A DNA stretch of 62,898 bases, filler included, from Craspedostauros australis (Eukaryota): assembly GCA_030167865.1 (NCBI GenBank). It is 5 parts of 5 records of this genome, joined end to end, with 100 filler letters (N's around TTAATTAATTAA, not from the genome) between each part and the next. Parts side by side here need not be neighbours in the genome. Positions count along the whole stretch, not along the records: positions 22,350 to 26,757 come from JALAGF010006064.1; positions 26,858 to 58,653 come from JALAGF010006065.1; 3 more parts are not named here. The stretch is one strand, 5' to 3'. Below, one piece after another: positions 22,306-33,459 of this stretch. The position numbers and the translations under genes are program-made. The notes beneath the pieces were generated by a model. The model was not told the DNA's origin. It saw only the letters and a list, made by a program, of their open reading frames with translations, and did not search any database. The number at the start of each line of letters is the position of its first letter. Within the stretch, counting starts at the first letter, position 1.

Positions 22306-24833
22306 NNNNNNNNNNNNNNNNNNNNNNNNNNNNNNNNNNNNNNNNNNNNATCTGCCAACCACAACTACACGATTCGCCAGGGAACGATGGAACAATGGCG
22401 GAGCCTCCACCTCCCTGGCACAAACCACACCTTTGGGATAGAGAAGAAGCCAAAGGGGCATGCATGCGAGCCACAAGTGACGAGATGAAGGGGCTGTGGT
22501 GATGGATGGTATAAATGCTCCTCCCACACATGTGCTCCGCTCGTTCTTCGCTTGCACAATCTCCACAGACCGGAGGCGACAGCCGATCCAGAACGTTGTG
22601 TCATGGACAGCTCCGGCAACACTGATACAACATCAACCAAGGATGATCAGCCTTTGGAGGCGCCACAGGTGCACACTGTTCTTGTGCGTTGGGCGAGTGC
22701 TTCCTGTTGTCAACTATCCGCTTCAATGCAAGTAGTACGTGCGCGCACTCCACGAATACAAGTGCTCCAGGGCCATCCAAGTATTCAGGAACATGGGGAG
22801 TTGACGACTAGTTGGCATTGGAAGTTAGATCGTGCGGTGTCATTCCAATAAAATCGAAGCTCATTTCCTTGTTTCGCGCCCACGAAAGGAATGGCAAGAC
22901 ACATCTGTCACCCTGCCGCCCGCTACCAACAACTTGTTCGCTGAAGAACTATCACTGCTATCACCACGATCACCCTGCCTAATCTTACGAACTGGTCCTT
23001 GACGAAGTGGACGCTGATCACAACCACAACGCGATCCCGCGTATGCAACCTGCTTGTTGGGGTTGCGCAGAACACATCATCGGCTGCGACAGCGACAGCA
23101 TCAGCAGCGATGGCACCGGAGGGCCTGCTTTGGGTAGTGGGATCAAGACATCTCCACGCACAAAGCAGCCGCGCGACGTGTCAATCAACGATGAAATGGC
23201 GCGGCATCGCTCTGCAATTCGGTAGTCGTTCACGCCGCCTTGTGCGCTAGTTCAATAGCTTGTACTGCTGTTCGACCCCATCGTCTGATTCCGCAAGGCT
23301 CGCGAGAGCGAGTGCGCGGCACATCTGCGAAAGTACATCGTTGGGTTGGGACAAGTCGCTTGAAGACGCCATTCAACGTTTGTTGGCGTCCACATCTAAT
23401 CTGCTTCAGAGCTTGCTTTGAGGCAGATTTTCGGGGACAGCCAGGTGCGATCTTTGCTTTGCGCATGTGAATACCTCCTGGCAACGTTCCCTGGTCCACC
23501 AGCGATTTCGGGCTCGTTGCCCCGTGCTCTCTCTTTTGGTCTTGGTTGCATGGAAACACTCTAGATCTGCTATTGATGTGATAACGGACACTCAATCAAT
23601 GAGGCAAGTTGAAGTCGTCTTAAGGACAGACTAATTTATATACTAGTGTGTCTCATGTTGATACCTGCATTTCACTCTTGGTCTCTTTTGTTGTGTTCGC
23701 TCTCTCTTTCTTTGGATTTATGGATTCGTCGATTTGTGGATATTTTCGTTCTGTTTTGTTTGGCGCCATCTTCTTCAGTCGTGCAGAACCCTGATTTTCG
23801 CCAAAAACACCATCGCTTCTCCGACACAACATCTCAGCCATAACGCAATGTAATGCAACACAACAATACAACCACACAACCACACAAACCAGATATGAAC
23901 CACTCCATCTCAACAACCATCCAAGCCACCCCCGCTCCAAGCCCAGCGAGGAAAACACAAGACACATCCACACTGAGCCATCCACAATTGTCGATGCCTG
24001 GTGTCCACTATGGATGCTCAGCGCCCGGTCCACGCATGTTCGTCGCACCCAATTGTCAAGACAATCTTCGCTTTCGCTGTCTTGCTCGGTATCGTGCAGA
24101 TCTGGTCTCTGCGCTTCGTTGAAGGTGTCTTCGATGTCAACAATGCTGCCATCCTTCCATCCATCTCGAATCAGACCGTGCCACCATCTACCCAACAAGC
24201 ACATCATCTGCCATTGGATGATGGGATCCGAATGCCACCATTCGACAACAATCACAACTTCTAAAATGGCAAACGCCCGCGACCGATTGTTGTGGGGTAC
24301 TCCAAGGATGATCTGCTGCATGGTCGAGGACTGTCGTTCCAAGAGAACCGGGACAGAACTGTCAACATGACCACATCCCAGTCATCACCGCCATTCACGG
24401 CAACATAACGATTTGCAGGCATGACGCGGCATCAACGATACGCGGCGGCATGGTTGACGACCATCGATGGTCTACTCAACAACCAGCGCATCACTGCCAG
24501 ATATCTGCGCAAGGCGGACGATATCACGTTAGAGTACGGTCACTTCACCATGACCATGCACAATTGGAATTTGCAATGCATGGACATGTTCGACTTCTTT
24601 GTGCACTGATAGAACACAGATGAAAGTGGGTACTTACCTCAAAATTGGGAGTGATCAAGTCCGTCAATGAAGTAGAGTGAAACTGTGTGATAGTGTTATT
24701 GTGCTCTGAGTGGTGAATTGATGTTAGATGGTATGTAAGCTGGCCCAATTCAGAACTGTTGGAGTCTGAATTGTGAGCAGATGGAGATGAAATGATGAAA
24801 ATGATGCTGAGGCAACATGTGTTGCAACACACA

Positions 24834-24889
24834 GCAGAGCATGAAGTGCAGTGCATGAATTGCAGTGCATGAAGTGCAGAGCATGAAGG
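24834..24889 (+). repeat. 14-bp tandem repeat GCAGWGCATGAAGT, 4 copies
   Basis: gcagagcatgaagt gcagtgcatgaatt gcagtgcatgaagt gcagagcatgaagg. Confidence 0.85.
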
Positions 24890-25817
24890 TGTTGTCAAGT
24901 TTGCAAGACTGAGGAGGTTCATGGCACCTTCAATACTGATATTGCTTCTTGGAACAACAATGATGCATGCAGTAAATCCGATCATTGCAGAAATGCAATC
25001 TTGCCAAATTTGATGGGATTGATGAGCTTGTATCTGAGCCAAGATGCTCAGGTACATTCACTCATCAAGACAGTAGACATGTATGTTCATGTGCACATAA
25101 GGAGGATGACAGGCAGGGCCTGACGTCCATCCTTCAACTCATTACCACCTTCAGACACCAAGACAGGTATCTGAGGGCCGTCGGGCGTTGCGGGAAATGA
25201 GGTCAACAGAGAAAGAGAAAACGGTTCATGACCAAAAGTCTCATGCGTGACCTGACGCAGTCTACGGAAACAAGATTAGGAATAGACTAAGGTGAATATA
25301 GACTTTTGATCTGATAGTTCTGAAATGGTACAGTTTAATAAGCATTAGACTATACTACTACCCTGGATTTCCAACACACCACAAAACTTTCCATCTCTTC
25401 CCATCCTTGCGGGCATGGTCCCTGTCTCCAGCGCCAATATCATCTTGGTCACCTCAAGCATGATTGGAATGTGGAGTTCCCAAAATATCCTGACATGGAT
25501 GACTACTCCTCCTCTTCTGGTTCGTTGAGAGTATCTTACAGTCGAGCCTATTTCGATGGAACCCTAGTGGCTATTGGCTAATTTCCAGTTTTTTGGCGCT
25601 TATTGGTAATTATTGGTAACCAATCGCCTATCGCCGACAGCACATGGAACCATGCGATGCGTTGATGGCCGTTGCCTGACATCTTTGCATTATTAGAAAG
25701 AGGAGAGTGAGAGCTCTCTGTTGATGTGTTCATTGTTGGCAAACGATCTCCGCTTTCCGTTCATCTCGATGCCTCTTTTTACCCTTTATCGGCCTTTTTC
25801 GCACGGACGACGTACGG

Positions 25818-26428
25818 ACGCGATTTCGGAATTTTTTCGTTGGTAACCATTGGTAACCACGTAGAGTCTACGACGTTCTGGTACAGAAATTTGTTGCGTT
25901 TGGGTCCAATAGCGACCGACTGTCTTCCAAAGACCCGCATCCAATTCTGTTTCGTCTATTGGTCAAGTGAATGACATGGTTGTATTCGTCACTTCATTCT
26001 GCTTCGGGTGGTGTGTTGGTCAGTGGTCCAGGATGCCTTTGTGTGTTGCTTTGGGTGTTTGAAGTTAGTCACTAATGCTCGTGACAGCCATGATCATCNN
26101 NNNNNNNNNNNNNNNNNNNNNNNNNNNNNNNNNNNNNNNNNNNNNNNNACGCGATTTCGGAATTTTTTCGTTGGTAACCATTGGTAACCACGTAGAGTCT
26201 ACGACGTTCTGGTACAGAAATTTGTGGCGTTTTGGTCCAATAGCGACCGACTGCCTTCCAAAGACCCGCATCCAAATCTGCTTCGTCAATTGCTCAAGTG
26301 AATGGCATGGTTGTATTCGTCGCTTCATTATGCTTCGGGTGGTGTGTTGGTCAGCGGTCCAGGATGCCTTTGTGTGTTGCTTTGGGTGTTTGAAGTTAGT
26401 CACTAATGCTCGTGACAGCCATGATCAT
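25818..26428 (+). repeat. About 280-bp imperfect direct duplication across an N gap (25818-26098 vs 26149-26428)
   Basis: Both copies begin acgcgatttcggaattttttcgttggtaacc and end gacagccatgatcatc, with scattered substitutions. Confidence 0.9.
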
Positions 26429-26801
26429 CAATCCGTGAACGCGCAAAAGTTCGCGCCAAAAATTATCGTGTGGTTTTACGTGTTGTTGATTCGAACTGTC
26501 TTGTTCGCAGGAGTCTCTTTACTTTATGCAAGGTTGTGCATCGCCCTGACGTCGGATCATCGTTCCGTTGCTTTCAGGTGACGCAGAATCCTCTCTTGCA
26601 CCTGCCCATGTAGCCTTGGTCTTCGAATCTCACTTCCTCCAAAGATATACCAATTGCAAGTTTTTCGTCACTATTATCGTGTACTATCCTCGCGAGGAAA
26701 CATCGCTTCCTGATCAGGCGCCAAAACTGTCTTCATTGACACCGGTTGCTACACTCANNNNNNNNNNNNNNNNNNNNNNNNNNNNNNNNNNNNNNNNNNN
26801 N

Positions 26802-26813
26802 TTAATTAATTAA
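26802..26813. other. Artificial contig-joining linker TTAATTAATTAA
   Basis: Same N-flanked 12-mer. Confidence 0.95.
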
Positions 26814-26857
26814 NNNNNNNNNNNNNNNNNNNNNNNNNNNNNNNNNNNNNNNNNNNN

Positions 26858-27651
26858 AACGCGATCTGACCATCGATCTCGCTGGCGTCGTACTGATCCA
26901 CGAACTCGTCAAAGGCGTGAAGCTGGCTGTCGTACCAGAACGCCGTGACGCCCATGATCTCGCATTCGTCGGGGCTGGTCTTGTTGAATTTGCCCTTGGA
27001 TGTGAAGCCGTATTGCTTGGGAATCTCGAGGCAGACCGTGTGGTAGGCCGGCGACGCGCGCAGCGTTTCGAGCGCCTCAAAGACGTGACTTATGCCGTCC
27101 TGATGCAGGATCTCGACGTCGTTGCGATGGACGATGAAGGACAGCAGACGGATTTCGTCCTCATCAAAGCCGGAGTCGCCCTCGATCCAATCCTTGTGGC
27201 GGAAGGCCGCGCTGCTGAGCGGTGCCCACAGGACCGTGTTGTCGCTCTCGATGAAGAAGGAGCCCGACACGAAGCCGATGATGGGCGTGCACAGGCTAAT
27301 GAGGATGGTCAGCCAGATGCAGCGCCAGGGGTTGGCAGCCGAGATGCGAACGAGCGGGACCAGCAGGCTGCGGTTGATCTTGTGACTTAGATGTTGCACC
27401 GTTCTGGCGTACTTTTGTAGGAAGGTGCGATTGTTGTTGCTGTCCATAGTCGTACTGTTGCTGCTATTGTTGTCGCTGTTGTTGTTGCTACTAATGTTGT
27501 CGCTGTCGCTGTTGCTACTATTGTTGTCGCTGTTGCTACTATTGTTGTCGCTGTTGCTGTTGTCGCTGTTGTTGGTGCTTTGGCCGGCGTTTGTTGTCTC
27601 CGCAGCGTCAATGTTGACACGCTCGGTGGACTCGGAACGATCTTCGTCCAT
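26858..27651 (-). CDS. N-terminal part of a Patched/NPC1-like (sterol-sensing, RND-type) membrane protein, cut by the gap
   Basis: After an Asn/Ser-rich leader comes ISAANPWRCIWLTILISLCTPIIGF (first TM), then FIESDNTVLWAPLSS and a Cys-containing luminal region, which fits Patched-family N-termini. The sterol-sensing domain itself is not in the window. Confidence 0.7.
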
Positions 27652-28420
27652 GTTGCTACTGTTGTTGCTGTTGTTGTTGCTGTGTTGCACTTGATGCGTC
27701 TTGGTTGCGAGTATTGGCGGATCAGTTGAGTTGATGGGTATTGGCATGGATAGAGCCTTGCTTTGTGTTGTGGGAATATAATTTTATGGATTGTGCTGGT
27801 GCAATGAGAGTCAAGTGGCACAGAAGTTGTGACTCGGAGAATTGCGCAACAGGGGACTATCAACGCTTTTGCGTACCAGTCGGAACCAAACTCCAATGGT
27901 TGACACCGAACCGCTCCGAGTCGGCACCAAAACCGGTTGTGTGCATGTCTGTGATACAATACTCGTTGGTGCGCAAAAGAGATCCACGTTCCGTGAGCGC
28001 CGCATCGCGCCACAACAGAACAAACCAGAAATTCTTTCTCTCCGTGTTGGCTGTTTGGCTTCGCTGGTTCACGAGCCACACCAGTTACTGTTGTGGTTGT
28101 CAGCACAGCGCATACAGGAATCACATTCGCACTTGCCGGTCATAACCAAAACTACCTTGTACAAGCAGGGACAGAGAAACTGGAAGAGACGAGAAGGAGC
28201 GATGCCGATGTTTGCTTTGTGTGGGTGATTGCATTAGTAGTAGTATGCTACAGGAACATACTTTTGGTACGTCCACATACCATTCGCCGCAATCACTTCT
28301 TCATCCCTCACGAAAGAAGTGTGGACGTCGCCTCAGAGTGTGTCTTTCTTTCTCTAGCAAGTAGCCTGGCGTCACGGTTGCGCCATCGTCAGTGGCGATG
28401 CACAGCTTCCGCATCTTTCT

Positions 28421-29708
28421 TTACTCGGACGTTCGCTTGCTGAGCCAAGAATGCAGGCTAGACCCTCCCATGAAGATGGAGAAGAACCAGGCAAGAAGCC
28501 CGTTGGCCTTGACACCACCAGTGCACAGGTAGGCTGCGCATGAGGAGAGTGCCAATGGATGATGTCAATGGATGATGTCAACCAGGAGAGAGTTCGAGGA
28601 ACGAAGCCAGCACACGCTGTGAGACAACATTAGCTGGTACAGTACGACTACACAAGCACAAACACATCACATCATCCGTCAACTTCCAAACAGCACTCAA
28701 ATGGCCCAACAGAAGATATCAACAGCGACGCTCGCAACAACAGACAACACGAAATGACTCACCTCCCATAGTGCCGAACGCCAAAGACATGACGGCATTC
28801 AATTGAATGAATGTGTTTCCCTTCAATCGATCGCGGTTGGCGGCATCCTTCAAGGTGATGAGAACCCCGCTCATGCAGGCCAGCCGGGCGTACCGCGACA
28901 GACGCGTCGCCACCATGAAGGCATCGAAGGACGGCGACGCGTACTGGAAGACCTCCACAAGCTTGGCGGTCTTGAGGACGACCATGAAGGAAGCCGCGAC
29001 GGTGTAGACGGCGGCGACCGGGTTCTTGACCTGGAAGAAGCCGAGGAGATCCGACTTGAACAGGTCGAAGGTCTCGCTGAAGATGTCCGCCGTGGTGCCG
29101 CATTTCTTGTTCCAACCCTGCACACCGTACGACGCGCCCTTGATGCTGTTGATGATGGTGAGCACGGACGTGATGAGCATGAACTTGGGTGTTTTGTCCA
29201 GGAGGCTGCACATGATGAGATTGACAACGCCGGCCTGTCCCAGCATGAGGTTGAGTCGCTTGTAGGTGGGACTGGACAACCGATTGAAGCGGGCCGCGCG
29301 GCTCATGATGTAGGCCAACGCCGAGTACAGGATGGGTCCCGACGCGAAGTATCCCATGAAGGCGACCGTGGGCACGGCTTCGCCTGCGGCAGCAGTCGTG
29401 GCGATCAACGAGACGAAGTTGAAGAACACGATGGTCAGGTATCCGACCATGAGGCGGATCTTGCGGTCCTCCATCTTCTGCTGCATGGAATCGGCGTCCT
29501 CGCTCATGGCCATCGCCACGTTGCGGTTGGCGTGGGTGGGAGTCATGATGGAGGCCATCTGCTGGTGCTGGATCTTGGCTGAGTTCGCCATGTTCACGCC
29601 TCCGCTGCGACGGATCGGAGCCGATTGGAAGGCGGAGACATGGTGCTGCGATGCGAGAACTGTCAGCACGCTCACGCACAACAGGGAGTTGGTTCCAACG
29701 ATCTTCAT
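28421..29708 (-). CDS. Plastid-targeted multi-pass membrane protein of unknown function; exons 29708-28763 and 28533-28421
   Basis: Signal peptide, then VSA|FQSAP (ASAFAP-type) and a transit-like stretch. Several hydrophobic helices follow. A phase-1 GTGAGT...CAG intron joins to a last exon AYLCTGGVKANGLLAWFFSIFMGGSSLHSWLSKRTSE*. Confidence 0.85.
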
Positions 29709-31010
29709 GGTCGCTTTTGCGAGGGTATCGGTGCTGTTGTTGCTGCTGTTGCTGCTACTGCTGCGGGCTGTTCTTGCTTGCCTTGGCTTGCTTTGTGTGT
29801 GTTGGTTGGTCGATCGCAGATGTTTTCCTCCTTGTCACAGTCCTTCCCTTGGCTCTTCCTCTTGTTTCTCCATCCGATGCATCCGCCTTCTCGCTTCACA
29901 AGCTTTCACGTTCGAAACCGAACACAATTTCACGCGCAAAAATCCACATTGTGCCAAACCCAAAAGATACGTTTGTTGTTGAGGTTTTTGGCTTTCAACA
30001 TTGACTCCTTCGACTAATTGCCGCGATCGCTGACTTGTTTGTCTTGTCCGCAACAATCGGCCAAATGGGTGGGTTACTACACACCCATACAACTACTTTC
30101 GGACAGACGTATACCGTTGGGGTGAACAGAGACCGTCACTTGAGGCATCGCAGCTGGCGTGCTGTTTAGTGTCCCTTTCTGTCCGACCGGTACTGGAATA
30201 GCTGCAAGCAGCCACAACATAGTCGTACATGATAAAAAGGACGGATTAATGTATCGCACATGGCATTCGTTCAGAAAAGCCGCAAGCAAACACTTGGCAT
30301 GCGGGACTCATGTCGCATTTTGGGCACAAACAGGAAACAGCGTTGTCGTCTGCCCAACACGAAACGAGAAGGACACAGAAATCCGTGATTTTGTCGCTCG
30401 CATGATGTGTACTCGTCGTTGTGCATGAGAGAGGGAGAGAAGAACTGCGCCAAGCATTTTCACCACCTGCCCCAGATCACCCCAAAGAACACACGAGAGC
30501 AGCTCGAGACGCAGCCAAAACAAAGAAAACAACAACCGCCACCACTGCGGGACAGGCATCGCCGCTGACTTCGCCGCCATCTTCGGTGGCGCCCACGGGG
30601 TTGAGTCTGTTATTGCTCACTTGTTTGTTGCTGTTGCACAACCGCGCCGGCTCCGACAATCGTATTACTGCTCTGCACGAGCTACCATACTCGCATTGGT
30701 ACCATAGATCGCATGAGTAGTAGTAGGCAAGTGGCACCAGACCATCCTCGCACGATAAAAGATCGCATGGTAGGATACCGGAGACTATCAGTTCTTCCCT
30801 CCATCCCACCATACACTTCGTATCACTTCACTGCTCCCACTGCATCCGCCGAGCCTACCATCGACTCCTAGATCGTACTATAGCAATACAATCACAACAC
30901 CAATTCGCAATCCTCTCTGGAGAGTGGCTCTTTCAGCCACTTGGAGACACTGAGGCAAATGGCAGAGACGGAGACAGAGAGATAGAGACATAGAGGCAGA
31001 GGCAGACACC

Positions 31011-32840
31011 ATGGGAGATCTGAACGATGCACAGTACATCGCCCTGCTGGTGGCTTTCATCCTCTCCAGTCTGCTATCGATCTGCGGCTCCACGATGATC
31101 ATCATCCTGGCACGACGCGACATGACGAAGGTCTACCACCGCACGTTGGTCATGCTCTCGGTGGCCGACGTCCTTTTGAGCGCGTCCAACACCATCCATC
31201 TTCTCCTGGTTCCGCAGGACAAGACGGGCAGCCCCTACGCCATCGGCAACGACGCGTCATGCTCCGGCGTCGGCTTCGTCCTCAACGTCCTGTGGGCCAT
31301 GGTGGCCATCTACAACGCCTTCCTCTCCATCAACTTCGTGCTGCAGATCCGATATCAGTACACGGACGTCCAGCTCTCCAAATGCATCGAACCCATGGTG
31401 CATCTCATGGCGATCGTGCTCTGCGTGCCCCTCCCGCTTTACGGCATCATTGGCGACGCCTTCAATCCGGACTACACGTCGGGCCTGTGCCTCATGGTGG
31501 CGTATCCCCGCGACTGCCATCAGAAGGACGATGTCGCATGCATCCGCGGCGATAGCAACATCCTCGCCGTCCTGCAGGCCTTGGTCGTCAATATCGTCAG
31601 CATCGTCGGCTTCGTCTGCACGTGGTTACTGTACCGCACCGTCAAGGGCTGTCTCGATCGCACGAAGCAACGGTCGCTGTCCAACACCACGAGTTCTCGG
31701 CATGACGACTATCTGCGCAATGTCTCGTGGCAGTGCACGCGGTATGCATTGTAAGTGGAGTATGCAACAGCGTGCATCGATGGATGGATGGATGGATGGA
31801 TGGATGTGTTGCTGCGCTGTCTCTGAATCATTGTATTGAAGCATGCACTTTGATTACAACATCACTCTCACTTTGTCTTGCTTTACTCAACTTCACCGTG
31901 ATCCAATGGTCACCTATAACACCCCCGCAGAGCGTATCTCAATACGTGGTTCTGGCCACTATTCCACCAAATATTGGCCAACGCCGTTGAGACCGACGAC
32001 CGCCGCGGCGAACCATCTCGATTCATCCCCATACTCATGCCCTTTCTCTTCTTCCCCTTGCAGGGCATGTTCAATTTCGTGGTCTTCATTGCACCCAAGT
32101 ATCAGGAGTGGAAGTTGGAGTATCCGGGCGAGGCCTGGTGGTACCTTCTGCGATGTTCGTTGAGCAATTTGTCTCCGAGGGATTCCATCTCCACAGCCAG
32201 CAGTTACGGGCATGTTTCGGACTGTTCCAGTGTGCGCATCATGATTGCGGAGAAGAGCAACCATGAAAGGAGTGAGAGCACCAGCAATCACAGAGATGAC
32301 AACAACACCATGATCGGCCGGCAAAGCGGTAGAAGCAGCGGGAGCAGCAGCGGCATGCGATGGTCTTCCCAATCTTATGCAGGCCACAGATCATCGTCCG
32401 GCACGCAATCGTCGAGGGCGTCCTTCTTGCGACGATCCGCAGATACTGCCGTCCGAAGTCCCCTCACGGCGCCGCAGACAACACGTAGGCAACGCGAAAG
32501 CGTGCGTGGCAGCATCCTGCATTTCATACCCAATATGCCGGATGAAATGTTTGAATCGAGCGAATTGTCGATGACTGTCGAGCAGCAAACGAAGACCATC
32601 GGCATGTCTCGCGAAGGATCGCTGGAGGATGAAGTGTCGGAGAAGCCCACGGAAGACAATGAGGAGATTCTGGATGCCGGCGAGATGGACGAGTGCGTCG
32701 CGGGGGATGGTGCGGTTGCAGCTGCTGTAGCGAATGATGCTGTACCGGATGATGCTGAGTGTGCAGAAGGCACGAATGAGCAAGAGAGTGGGGATGATCA
32801 CGAATACGGAGAACATGTGAAGGCAGATGATGAACGGTAG
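31011..32840 (+). CDS. 7TM GPCR-like receptor (cAMP-receptor/Git3-like, diatom-expanded); exons 31011-31750 and 31931-32840
   Basis: TM1 SSLLSICGSTMII, YHRTLVMLSVADV, AIGNDASCSGVGF, YNAFLSINFVLQIRY and IEPMVH. A phase-2 GTAAGT...CAG intron restores TM6 LAYLNTWFWPLF and TM7 FFPLQGMFNFVVFIAP. Long Ser-rich then acidic tail. Confidence 0.88.
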
Positions 32841-33459
32841 TTCGGGAAGACACTTGCAGTCAGATATCCAACAGCGTGCATTTGAGAACACCGGATACAC
32901 GCAACCATTGGGACCATCCGTATTGGAACATGCGCTGTTGGTAAACCTACCGGCTTTGGAAGCCTGGTAGATCTACGAGCGCTACGGTTTCAAGAGATAC
33001 GAATGGCCAGTCCACATGAATTGCGTCGCAACAATCCACTTGGTGGAACGACAACAATGGCAACGGGTTTGTAGGCGCGCCGTGCAGTCTCGAAATTGCC
33101 AATTCATTGCCGCATGGCAACGGGTGTCCGTGTGATGAACTCTCATCACATCGGCAATGGCATTGGCAACAGTACTAGCTCGCACGAGTCCGCACGCACT
33201 GATCATTTAAATCATGGCATAGATGGTGATGCAATGGCATCATACGTAACTTCATCTCAAACGATTGATTCTGCGTCACTCATTCCGGACGAACACTCTG
33301 CTTCATGTCAAAGCGACCGTATTGTACCAAACGGTATCAAACTCGCACTATCCTACTCGTCGTACTTTTACGAGCTCCTCTACCACCCTCCATCGGGCGT
33401 TGTATGATTACTCTTGCCAACTGTGCATTTGTGTCATCGCCAGTACGACGTGCCAATAC

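Larger units (their letters stand above)
20900..26757. mobile_element. Gap-rich repeat region, probably decayed transposable elements of unassigned class
   Basis: Multiple N gaps, local duplications, no intact long ORF, short palindromes, and a strongly CpG-depleted segment at 24664-25123. No transposase or RT motif recognised. Confidence 0.45.
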
